Shown here in pieces: positions 52,661-64,000 of a stretch of 64,000 nt of DNA. The stretch lies in NCBI RefSeq assembly GCF_001194135.2, contig NC_068984.1, positions 54,237,678-54,301,677 of the forward strand, in the 5' to 3' direction. Position 1 is the stretch's first letter. Every line of letters begins with the position of its first letter. The stretch comes from Octopus bimaculoides (lineage: Eukaryota). The notes below the pieces were generated by a model. That model was given only the letters and a program-made list of their open reading frames with translations, had not been told where the DNA came from and searched no databases. The position numbers and the translations under genes are program-made.

Positions 52661-54572
52661 TCTACTTGTTAACTCTACTAAAACACACATTCAAAGGGGC
52701 TTGGTAAACAGTTATGCCTGAAGGCCCGTTATACTCTCAGTCTGCCCCTGGTAGTAGGTATAATTAGGGGAAAATTTGGCTGCTATTTCTTATACATCGA
52801 TTGAACATTCGGAGAGTTCCTTCGTTGGCTCGTGCTACAATTGTTTGTTCTACTTGGGATTAGGATTGTATTATGTAATGCTACATTTTTGCTTTCATAC
52901 AAGTTGGACTGGAGAAACGTGAAATGAACGATAATATTAGTGTTTTGTATGGTTTACTTTCGTGTCACCACGAAATGAACACCAAGCAAGGATCGTGGTA
53001 TTTGACTTGAGGTTTCAAAAAACGGCTGACATTGTTCTGCTGCATATCTTAGTTGTTACGTGTATTGTGTCGTTATTCATGCCAATGTGCGTGCGGTGTG
53101 GTGGTGATGGTGGTTGTGGTGGTGGTGGTGTGTGTGTGTGTGAGGTAGGTAGTACGAGACCCTTAAGAAGACCTGAACAACAGAAAGTCCTCTGTGAAGT
53201 CTCTCCCGTGCAAATGTTTTGGCCCTTGATTCCTACTTTCTAAAGGGACTGAACTGCATCCATATCATGACTCATGATACCTCTCTGTTACTACATTTTT
53301 TGCTACTGTTTACACTGCACCCCTCCTGGGTATTTAAGGCATACCAGAGCCAAGGTACATTAAGTGTCATAACCAGTTCAGTGTGAAACACCAGTTGACT
53401 GTAGGGAAAATTATGCCTTCTAAAAATTCGCTTCCATTCCACCCTGACCAGACCAAAACTAAATACATAAATTCTCATGTGACAGAAAGCAAATAGAAGA
53501 AAATACTTGTTGCTGGGTGGTAGAGTGAGAAAAAAAAGAAATAAACTGTTCTGTTGCTAGGAGGAATTAATGGAATATGAAAAAACTGTCTGGGGCATAT
53601 TCTGTTTTGATAGGAAAATAAGAATTAAAGCTTTAAATCTTCTGATTATGATGTTTATTTTTTCATTTTCTGAGGAGAGATAGGGATTCCACTATTTGTT
53701 GTTTCTGTCATTGAGCTGTCCCATTAATAGATACTGATATTGCTGTGTTACTGTTAAGCTGGTCAGAATTTGGCATGGCTGGCAATTATTTCATCATAGC
53801 TGGCACTGTAATTTGCTATCTGAAGTGAAGAGACAAAGGAATCCTGTGTCCGAAATTTAAGCTTCAAACTAAGGAAAATAGGGTCGCTAAACCATAAAGC
53901 TAACAAAAAAAGAAAGAAAGAAACAACTAGTGTATACCATAGTGTTAGCAGTATGTTATATTTGTTGTAGGCTGAGTGACTTTATAGAAACTCCTGTATT
54001 GCACTGTATAACGTACAGTAAATGTTGTTTCTGCTAATGTTGTTTTTATACTATTTTTCTGTGTAAATAAATATCTAAATATTTAATCACAATACCAACT
54101 AATGCATAATATGCAAATTAGTCTAGTTATTTCTTATTTCTTTATTGCCCACAAGGGGCTAAACATAGAGGGGACAAACAAGGACAGACAAAGGGATTAA
54201 GCCGATTACATCGACCCCAGTGTGTAACTGGTACTTAATTTATCGACCCCGAAAGGATGAAAGGCAAAGTCGACCTCGGTGGAATTTGAACTCGGAACGT
54301 AGCGGCAGACGAAATACTGCTAAGCATTTCGCCCAGCATGCTAACGTTTCTGCCAGCTCGCTGCCTAGTCTAGCTATTTCTGATAAGTACCAGTTTGTGA
54401 CTGATTTAAACGGCAATTGATATGAAATTCGCTTCATATGTAAGGAGCACTGCTTCTTTAGCAAGTGATCAATCACCTATGGTTTCACAGGCAATCTCCT
54501 TAATAAAAAAAGCTTTATTAACATTTGTTTACTTTACATAGGCATTACAAAAAGTACAGTTCTATATTTAAG

Positions 54573-54678
54573 GTTCAAAATTTCCCCAAGACACCTAATG
54601 AAGGCTGGAGGGTGCATCAGCCGAAATGTTATGTTAACAAACAAGAAGAGGACAAATATCCGTCAAATGTAAATAATT
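54573..54678 (+). mobile_element. 5'-truncated, core-mutated copy of the same hammerhead element
   Basis: Matches the 13.8 kb element (ttccccaagacacc...gacaaatatccgtcaaatgtaaataat), but the core reads CTAATGA and GAAAT. Confidence 0.75.
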
Positions 54679-55340
54679 ACAAAAAGAGATCTAACTACAT
54701 TAAATTTATCTTAAAATTACCTAATAATTATCTCCTCTCTTTTTCTTTCAATGTATCTGATAATTGCATTAGTACTCAGTTATAAAAAAATTCAGTGTTG
54801 AAGACCAAGTGTTGTGTTTCATAAATGGGTTGATTTTACCTTCTTACAATATGGTCACTGTTCTTTCTGCAAAGTAAATGTTCATTAAGCTTCATTAGAG
54901 AAGTTATCTCTAATTGCAGCTAAAAACATTTGCTTTGTGCTGAAACAACAGTAGCATGTTGTAAGAATATGAATAAACCCATATATATATATATANNNNN
55001 NNNNNNNNNNNNNNNNNNNNNNNNNNNNNNNNNNNNNNNNNNNNNNNNNNNNNNNNNNNNNNNNNNNNNNNNNNNNNNNNNNNNNNNNNNNNNNNNNNNN
55101 NNNNNNNNNATATATTTATATAAGGGCATTACTACAGAATAATGCCACAATGCCCTTATATAAATATAAACAAATAATTATATTCTTGGGAATAGAAATT
55201 TCCCTTATGAATTTTTTTACACACTAGCTTCCTGATAAAATTCTTGTAAAATATTTTTATCCTTTTTTGAATATATATATGTGTGTGTGCATAGTTGTGA
55301 ATATCCTAGTGAGCTAAGGTATATTTTGTTTATTTTTTAG

Positions 55341-55583
55341 CTGAATGAACAATTTATGAAGAAGATACCTACTGGAGCAGAAGTGGCAAATATTTTGGTT
55401 GGTGAAGTAGAAAGTCTTAAATATCAAGTGACTGCTTTCATCAGACTCCAGCATCCAAGGTTAATGGACATGGCTGAAGTGCCACTTCCAACTCGGTTTG
55501 TTTTTTTCTGTTTGGGACCACCTGGAAGTCAAGGGAAAGTCTATGAAATTGGACGATCCATCTCAACTATAATGGTAGATGAG
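55341..55583 (+). CDS. SLC4A8/SLC4A10-like: SLC4 exon E: LNEQFMKKIPTGAEVANILVGEVESLKYQVTAFIRLQHPRLMDMAEVPLPTRFVFFCLGPPGSQGKVYEIGRSISTIMVDE
   Basis: Acceptor ttttttag, donor GAG|gtaaga, 243 nt, phase 0. Motifs FMKKIP.GAE..N.LVGE, EVP.PTRF and EIGRSI.T.M.DE. Confidence 0.97.
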
Positions 55584-56059
55584 GTAAGATCATCTTATTG
55601 ACTGTAGGTATATTATATTTAATGCTAAAGTTGAACAATATCTGTCTGAAACATTAGAACTTTTCACTTCTCAAACTAACTATTATGTGTTATTTTTGTT
55701 TGTTATTTTTATTCACAAACTTATTATGGATTAACGTTTGGCAATGCAGACTGCCTTCAATGTCTTTGCATTCTGAAACTTGCATAATCTCTTATCTTTC
55801 TTTTACTTGTTTCAGTCTTTAGACTGTAGCCATGCTGGGGCACTACCTTGAAGAAATTTTTTTTTTAGTTGAATGAATCAACTCCAGTACTTAATTTTTT
55901 TAAGCCTGGTACTTATTCTATCAGTCACTTTTGCTGAACTGCTAAGTTACAGTGATGTAAACACCAACTTTGGTTGTCAAGCAATGGTAGGGAACAAATA
56001 CAGACGTAAAAATATATAGCTACTAGGGAGTACCCAAAAGTAACCAGAAACATTCTCTG

Positions 56060-56790
56060 TGGGAGAAGCTCGTTGTAGTTCAGGTTTCCACCGCTAAAAG
56101 CCACTTTGATGCAACCCTCGGGCATCAGTCCACCAACTGGTGTTGTCGAGTGGGGTCATACTGTCACATTGTGCGTCTTTGTTTTGCAGTGCTTCTCCCG
56201 ATTAGTCAATTTTTATGATGGGTGAAATAAAGGAACAGTATGCTTTTGTGAAATTCTGTTTTCTGTTGGGGAAAACAACAGCTGTCATGCTTCAACCAGC
56301 TTACAAAGTTGCTGCCATGAGCAAAACACAAGTTTAAGAGTGGTTGTCACGTTTTAGGACCAACTTTGTTCAGGGCGACATTGACTTCCTGATCCAATAA
56401 AAATATGAAAATTCATGAACTGATCTTGGAGGACCATCACTGAACAATTGAGGAACTTGTTGATATGACTGGTGTGTTCTGGAGTTGCTGCCAACGAATT
56501 TTGAGCAAGAAATTGTGAATGAAAAGAGTTGCAGCAAAATTTGTGCCTCACTTGGTCACAGAAGATCAAAAACAGTCATGACTGAATGCATGTCGTGAGC
56601 TGAAAGAACAGTTGGTAGTTGACCTGGGCCATTTTTCGAAGGTCATCACTGGTGATGAAAGCTGGTGCTACAGAATTTGCAGATGTGGAAGAGGTGAAGA
56701 AAAAAATGATGGAGATGTTAAAAGGCATCACTTAACAAAGAGTTCCAGCACTGCTTCCACTAGTGTAAAAGGTGTCTGGACCATTGCCTT
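56060..56790 (+). mobile_element. Internally deleted mariner relic
   Basis: MGEIKEQYAFVKFCFLLGKT..., MKRVAAKFVPHLVTEDQKQ, FSKVITGDESWCY, then a jump to FADVEEVKKKMME. Confidence 0.88.
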
Positions 56791-59674
56791 GCTCAGTATC
56801 TATTACCATATCGGAGGTGTGGCTTTGTGGTAAGAAGTTTGCTTCTCAACCTCATAGTTATGGATTCAGTCCTACTACATGGCACCCTGGGCCAGTGTCT
56901 TCTACTATAGCCCCAGGCCAACCAAAGGTTTGTGAGTGGATCTGGTTGACAAAAACTAAAATAAGCCTGTTGTATATGTGTATATATCTTTGTTTGTGTG
57001 TCTTTGTGATTGTGTTTGTCTCATATTACTGCTTGATAACCAGTGTTGATTTGTTTATATCCCCATTAAGTAGCAATTCACCAATAAGAGCCTAACATAA
57101 TAAGTAACAGGCTTAAAAAAAAGTAAGTACTAAACCTTACAAGACAGTGCCCCAACATGGCCACAGCCCAATAACTGAAACAAATAAAGGAAAAAAATGA
57201 TAAAAAAAGGAGCAGGCAAAATACTGCATTCATCCCAGACACAGAATGTTTTCAATTTTATTTAAGTCATGGTAACATTTCAGGGATACTAAAACAGTAT
57301 CATTATAATACATAGATTTATCAAATGAATTCCAGATGTTCAAATGATATTATACCACATTTGTTAGTAGTACAGAGAATGAGAAATAAATGTAAGTATT
57401 AATAGATGTGTATTTAATATAATATACTGAACGTTCACCATTTAGGAAAGGGATAGGTAGTATCTGACAGCAAATCAGGTAAAGAAAATACAGGATAGTG
57501 TGTTGAACAAACCTAAAGTTGATACAGAACTTAAGTATTCCACCTCAAAGTTAATAGCAGAAATATGAAATCCTATTGAATGACAGATAGTAAATGAGCC
57601 ATTCAGTAGGATTTCAGTAAGAGAGATGGAATGTGTAATTGAGACATGGTCCCCAGATGAACTAAGGGTGGAGTGGAGCAATAACTCTGAATAAGAACTA
57701 ACTTGGACTGTGACAATTCATCCTACCCATGCCAGCATTGGAAACCGGCATAAAATGATTATGAGGATGATGATAGCTAACAGTTATTGTTGCTGTTGTT
57801 ATTACTTATTCTCATCCATCTGTCCATTCAGGTCGAGTGACTTGCCCAGATCAGTGTAACTCTTTCATGCCAGACGTCCCGATCAAGTGATGAGACATGA
57901 ATGTCTGGCCTGAGTTTTAGTCACATTGATCTTTCCCTAGCTGAAATATCTCATCTGTCTGTGCATGCTATGACTACAGATAGTAACAGTAGTTCACTAA
58001 GTGAACTGATTGTTGACAGTTTGTTATTTGTTCATTTGCACAGTGTCTAATGATATTTGCATTGACGCATTAAGTTGATCTGCTGAAATAGTTCACATCC
58101 ACCATACTGCATCCTATGATTTTAGTGTAACCTGGCTCAATTGGTTGCATGCTATTTTAACTCAAAGCTGGGATCCTAACAAATGCTGTTACTCTAAGTC
58201 AAAGTTGATCTGGGAACAATAATAGCTAAGAGGTGGTTCCACACTCTTCAAAACTGTGAGATACTCATCAGAGTCCCACATCCCTATGCAGTTTAAAGTC
58301 ATACACAGAGCATTTAATCTGAAGTCAATCTAATTGATCAAGGCTACTCAGCTTGTAACTATCCCATCATTTGAAGAGTTATTCAAGGCTACATTCTTTA
58401 ATGTGTTCTACACTGCCCCTTTCTAGGGAGTAAGATGTGATTTAAGGGAGATTTGGCTGCTATTTCTTGCAAACGGAGTTACTTCATAGACATTTTTCTT
58501 TGGCTCTCTTTACATATGAGTGGCAGTAAATGACTTAGCTTTGATCTTGGCTGATCTGGATCTACCTGCACTCTGAGTTCAAATTTTGCTGAGGTCAACC
58601 TTGCCTTTTATCCTTTTTTTATGATCAATAAAAAAAATAGTAGTTTGCTGAGACTGTCAAAGCATCAGAAAAGATTGGTTGCCTTGTGGAATTTGTTCCA
58701 GTTCTTGGTATTCCGAGTTCAAACCCCACATTGGCTTACATGTATGTTACACTTAATTTGTCATTCACTTTAACACCACTACCTGACATCTTGGACACCT
58801 TTAGTGGAGTCTACTCTATTGCAAGTATTCTTAGAGTGTCAGACCAGATGCCTTGCAGTATTTATTCCAGTTCTTTATGCTCTGAGTCCAAATTCTCTCA
58901 AGGTCAACTTTGCTTTCATTCTTCCAGGTTTGATAAAATAAAGAAGTATTGATATGTTTTTCTTCTGGCATTATGTAAAAGTCAGAACATGTACCACCAC
59001 CCCTGTGGTGATCTTGTTTCCTGACACAGAATCAAAAGCAAGAAAAACGAGTCAATAAAGTAAACTTTTAAGAAATAGCAACCAAATCTCCCTCAAATCA
59101 CACTTTACCATCTTTAGAATAAAGAATGTATTGGGTAACGTAGTTGGTGAAAAATTATATCTGAAGAGACAGGGAGTGAGACATAAGTAAAATGTTCATG
59201 TTTATAGTCTTGCTTGATCAGGAATGACTTAAAACTAAACAATAATAATGTAAAAGGGTAAAGAGCCCCTTCAGTCATGAGGTGCAAGTCCAAGCAAGGT
59301 TGATTATGGAAGACCAGCAGTCGTCCATGGGTACCAGTTTCTGCTCTCCATGCCATAGCATTATCCAAGGAAAAGACAAAGGTCAAAGCAGCTTAGCATC
59401 AGTAACGTTGTGACTCATTTCTACAGCTGAGTGAACTGGAGCAACATGAAATAAAGTGTCTTGCTCAAGAACACAACACACAGCCCAGTCTGAGAATCGA
59501 ACTCACTACCTCATGATAGTGATCCTGGATGCTTTAACCACTGAGCCATAATTTTCATTATAATTACATCACTTAATGTTTCTGACTGCAGCAATAACAG
59601 TAAGTAAATAAATATGTATTTCCTTTCTGCAAAGAATTTTTATATCTTAACATTTGTTTTTTAATATATTTCAG

Positions 59675-59821
59675 GTTTTTGGAGAGGTTGCTTACAAAGC
59701 CAGAGGAAGGCAAGATCTATTAGCTGGCATTGATGAATTTTTAGATCAAGTCACTGTTCTGCCGCCTGGTGAGTGGGACCCTAATATTCGTATAGAACCA
59801 CCTGCTGTTGTGCCACCACAG
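59675..59821 (+). CDS. SLC4A8/SLC4A10-like: SLC4 exon F: [49 protein letters not shown]
   Basis: Acceptor atatttcag, donor CAG|gtaaat, 147 nt, phase 0. Near-invariant SLC4 motif [25 protein letters not shown]. Confidence 0.97.
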
Positions 59822-60749
59822 GTAAATCTAAACTCATGAAGTGTTTTAATAATCCAGCAAGTTTTAATCTTCTAAACTAAAAGTAACTGTTATTCTTCAT
59901 ATTGCTGTGCCATTTCTCTCCATAAAAAAAAAAAAAACATTAAAATAATTAAGGTGCCGGAATATGGTATAAGTTGGCTGAATGGTTAAAATGTTCTCTT
60001 CTCTATAACATTGTCTCAAAGCAATCCACAACAAAGAAGGCATTATGGGCATAAGGTTTTCTAACATAGCCTTCTTTGGGTTAACCAATCCCATGTGTAT
60101 GAAATTCAGTTGACAGAAACTGTACAGAAACCGATCAGGTGTGTGTTTGTGGGTGTGTCCGTGTGCATGTTGGTATGACTTTCATGGACTTTCTAAGACT
60201 GTTTTACTGCTGGATGCCTTTCTTGTTGCTAACCTTTTGGCTGACTTATGATGCACAGAGAGGCAGTGTGCCTATTCTTAAAACTGGGCTATGTACATGT
60301 GTGTGTGTGCATATACATGCATGACTTTGTGTGTGTGTAATCATGCTTACTAATATTGTGCAATGCATGCACACACACTTGCTCACTTACACACACACAC
60401 ACACACACACACTAAAAATACATTTCAATCCACATCACTTACCTTCTCCTTATGTCCAGTTGACATTTTTACATCTTTTTTCAATATTGATGAAATAAGT
60501 ACCAGAAAAAGAACTGGAGTCAACACAGTCAACTTAAATCCCCAAACCTCTTAATGGTGGTAGTATACCCAGCATGACCACAAACCAATGTTGAAAACCA
60601 GTGACAAAAATGGAAAAGAGTCAAGAAATAACAAATAACATGCATATTCTGCCACTAGTGAATCTGAAATCATTAGGGATGTTATAGCCCAGGAAGTTTT
60701 TATTTACCTAAACTAAAAGCAACTGCTATTAGTTTTATTGCTTTTAGGG

Positions 60750-61400
60750 TGTGGACTAATAGAATTTTTAGAGGCTTGAAGAAATGTCTTATGGTATTTG
60801 TCCCAGCACTTTATGTTATGAGTTTGAATCCTACCAAGGTCAACTTTTTCTTTCATTGTTTTCAGAGTTAATAAGTACCATCTCAGCCCTGGGATCACTG
60901 TAATTGACATTCCCCCTCCACTCAAATTTGTTGGATTTGTGCCTGCATTGGACAAAATGCTTAGTAGCATTTCTTCTGGTTTTTTAAATTTTGTGTTTGA
61001 ATCCCACTGAGGTTGACTTTGCCTTTCATCCTGTTGGGAGTCAGTAAATAAGTATTAATCAAGTATTGGGGTTGATATCAGTTTCTCTATTCACTCAAAA
61101 CTGCTACCAAGGTTGACTTTGCTTTTCATCCTTTCAGGGTCCACAAATTAGGTACTAGTGAAACACTGGAATCAATGTAATCAACTAGTCCCCTCCCACA
61201 AAATTTCAGGCCTTGTTGCCTTTAGTAGAAAGGATTTTTAAGGCAGTAACCTGGCAGATTAATTAGCATGTTAGATAAAATGCTTTGCAGCATTTCCTCT
61301 GGCTCTTTTCATTCTGAGTAACAATTTTGCTGAGGTTAGCTTTGACTTTCATACTTTCAGCATCAATAGAATGAAGTACCAACAAGGTATTGAGGGAGGA
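60750..61400 (+). mobile_element. Head-to-tail cluster of about four degraded SINE family C copies
   Basis: Repeated 'aggttgactttgcctttcatcc' variants at about 60835, 61010, 61110 and 61330; CpGs lost. Confidence 0.7.
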
Positions 61401-62384
61401 TTTCATTAACCCATTAAGTCCCACTGTCCTATAAATAGGACACTAAATGAGAATATTAAATAAGCTGTATCACATTGTCTCAGTGTCCTATAAATAGGAC
61501 ACTGAGTATTTCCATTTCTACTTGAAGTAAAGGAGTTTTAATAATTATTTTTTTTCATTTTAACCTATTTTCAATCATCTGTAGAAATTTAAAAGTAATA
61601 TTCAGAAATTTAAGTACTCTGGGACTTAATGGGTTAAGTAACCCTCTACCCAACATATTTCAGGTCTTGTATCCATTGTAGAAACAATGTTTCTATTATT
61701 GTTAGTATTATTATTCACTGGTGTGGCTGTGTGGTAAGAAGCTTGCTTCCCTACTACATGGTTCTGAGTTCAGTCCCACTGTGTGGCACCTTGGATAAGT
61801 ATCTTCTGCTATAGTCTTGGAGTGACCAAAGCCTTGTGAGTGGATGTGAAAGAAGCCATCGTATATGTGTGTGTGTGTGTGTGTGTATATATCTTCATAT
61901 CTATATTTGTCTCCCCACTATCGTTTGGCAACCGATGTTGGTGTGTTTATATCGCCGCATCTTAGCAGTTTGGCAAAAGAGACTGATAGAATAAGTATTA
62001 GGTTTCTTTCTTCAACTAAAACCCATTAAGGCAGTGCTCCAGCATGGCTGCAGTCAAATGACTGAAACAAGTAAAAAATGTAAAAGAATGATATAGATGA
62101 ACCATTTCCCTCCATTTTCAGAACTGAAATAACAAGTAACACAGTATTTTATAAAACTTTTGTTACTAAAAAAGCTGGTTCTTACCTACTTCACTGTTGC
62201 TCTTTTCACAAAGGAGAAAAGAAGAAAATGGTTCTTGAGTATTTGTAATTGAGCAAAGTTTAGGAGTGGCGTAGACAGATCAACAATGATGTGGTAGTAG
62301 GTGGGTGGTTTGTTGTAAAGGACCAGCCATACCACTAGTGTTAGCTGTAGTGTTATTGTCATAGTAACAACAATGGCAACAACA

Positions 62385-62415
62385 CTTTCTACTACTGCTG
62401 TCACTGCTACTACTG

Positions 62416-62485
<70 letters not shown>

Positions 62486-62535
62486 CACCACTACCACCAC
62501 CACCACCACCACCACTACTACTACTACTACTAACA
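62385..62535. repeat. Compound (CTA)n/(CCA)n trinucleotide microsatellite
   Basis: Direct reading; explains the poly-T/V/S/G ORFs in the track. Confidence 0.97.
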
Positions 62536-63639
62536 ATTCCTACCACATTGGTTGCTCTAACAACAATTGCAACTGGAATGAACAGCAACAATCACAACAA
62601 TAAGGAGGATAACTTTCACCAAGGTTGCTGGGGACTGGGTTACATTTGATCTGGTCCTGGTCATCTACAGAAGAGGAGGAGGAGGAGATCCTGATGAAGA
62701 AATTGTACATCAGGATAATTCAGAAATATTTGAGACCATTTTAGAACATTTTGGAAAGGAAACTATGGCAAAAGGCTTATACATTTATTGACTTCTTACA
62801 GAAGAGATAACTCTGTAAGAAGGCAAAAAGTATATATAAGCCTTTTCTTATGTGATATTGAAAAAAAATAATAAAACCTGGTACAACAGGAAAATCAGGC
62901 AAGGGTTAATATTGAAAAGACCTATTGAAAAGAAAAGCAGACTCAAGAAGAAATGTTACTATTATGTGAAAAGTTTTGATTTATTTTCTCATCTACTAAG
63001 TTGGTCACAAGTGTAAGAGTAGCAGTTAAGTGTATAGTATCTTTGTTAAGTGCTGTTAATTATATATCCATGGATCTTAAGTGTTATCAATTATGTATTT
63101 GTAGGTGGCAAGCTAACAGAGTCATCAGCATGGCAGTCAAAATGCTTAATAACATTTCTTCAGGGTTTTTCACTCTGAGTTCAAATTCTACCAAGATCAA
63201 CTTTACTTTTCATCCTTCTGGGAGTTGATAAATGAGTACCAGTTGAGCACTGGGGTTGATGTTATTGAGTAGCCCTTCCTCCAAAATCTCTGGCTTTGTG
63301 TCTATAGTAGAAAAGAGTTATATACTTATGGTGCAGGCATGGCTGTGAGGTAAGAAGTTGGACTCCTGACCACATGATTTGGGGTTCAGTCCCACTGTGT
63401 GGCACCTTGGGCAAATGTCTTCTACCATAGCCTCAAGCCAAATAAAGCCTTGTGAGTGGATCTAGTAAACAAAGATTCCTGTTGCATATATAGATAAATG
63501 TATATCTATGTGTGTTTGTGTCTTAGAGTCTGTATTTTTCCCCTGCCCCAACACTGTTTGACAACTGGTGCTGGCGTGCTTATATCCCTGTAACCTAGTG
63601 GTTCAGCAAAAGAGACCTATAACACCAGGCTCCAATCTG

Positions 63640-63985
63640 ATTTGGTAGAGTTTCTACAGCTGGTTGCCCTTCCTAACGCCAACCACTCCGAGAGTGTAGC
63701 GGGTGCTTTTACGTGCCACTGGCACGAAGGCCAGTCAGGCGGTACTGGCAACGGCCACGCTCAAAATGGTGTATTTTACATGCCACCGGCACAGGAGCCT
63801 GTTCGGCGGCACTGGCAACGATCTCGCTCGAATGTCTTTACACGTGCCATCTGGCACAGGTGCCAGGAAGGCGATGCTGGGCACAGGTGCCATGACGATT
63901 TTGCTTTCGCTTGCTCCAACAGGTCTTCACAAGCTGAGTTTCGTGTCCAATGAAGGAGACGACGTTGGCATGGGTGCCAGTCTAC
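63640..63985 (-). mobile_element. Young CpG-rich retroelement-derived repeat with internal GGCAC-containing subrepeats
   Basis: ttctacagctggttgcccttcctaacgccaacc is the reverse of an RTE-like tail; repeated gtgcca..ggcac units; CpGs retained although the surroundings have lost them. Confidence 0.6.
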
Positions 63986-64000
63986 AAATTTAGTTTGATT

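Larger units (their letters stand above)
55790..63625. mobile_element. CpG-decayed SINE family B copies (55790-56030 minus; 56812-57190, 61716-62090, 63330-63625 plus)
   Basis: Align to family B with CG changed to TG/CA (e.g. gccgaaccgctaag to gctgaactgctaag). Coordinates span the group, not one element. Confidence 0.8.

Noticed and set aside
62186-62603. Long poly-V/T/S/G ORFs in the track, and poly-YI ORFs at 43265-43618
   Set aside because: Translations of microsatellites.
62691-62735. CTGATGA ... GAAAT and an acidic frame GGDPDEEIVHQDNSE after ctacag
   Set aside because: No stem I or III for a ribozyme. As an exon, phase-0 splicing from exon F hits a stop after 7 codons, and there is no SLC4 similarity.

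Overview
AT-rich, repeat-dense animal genomic DNA. The SINE families and (TA)n/(CA)n microsatellites point to an octopus (inference). There are three N gaps: 1539-1764, 15091-15100 and 54996-55109. The whole window lies inside one plus-strand SLC4 bicarbonate transporter gene (SLC4A7/8/10, NDCBE/NBC-like). Six coding exons (1-97, 30440-30600, 46679-46882, 48600-48721, 55341-55583, 59675-59821) splice in frame at GT-AG sites into about 324 aa of the cytoplasmic N-terminal domain; the gene start and transmembrane exons lie outside the window. The introns hold at least four tRNA-derived SINE families, mariner and LINE relics, hAT-type MITEs, two GG-ended MITEs with 8-bp TSDs that carry inverted TTAGGG arrays, and several foldback elements. 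The main unexpected signal is a set of hammerhead-ribozyme motifs of three distinct designs: two with long stem II at 1.95-2.36 kb, and a minimal one behind a tRNA-like Pol III head arranged as a back-to-back palindrome at 13.8-14.2 kb, with a further copy at 54.6 kb. Intact cores are antisense to the host gene and sense copies are all damaged. A second signal is an apparent drop in CpG content from about 53 kb onward, just downstream of a promoter-like CpG-rich patch and a possible 21-nt micro/first exon, which suggests an internal promoter. All alignments and folds were done by eye; no searches were run.
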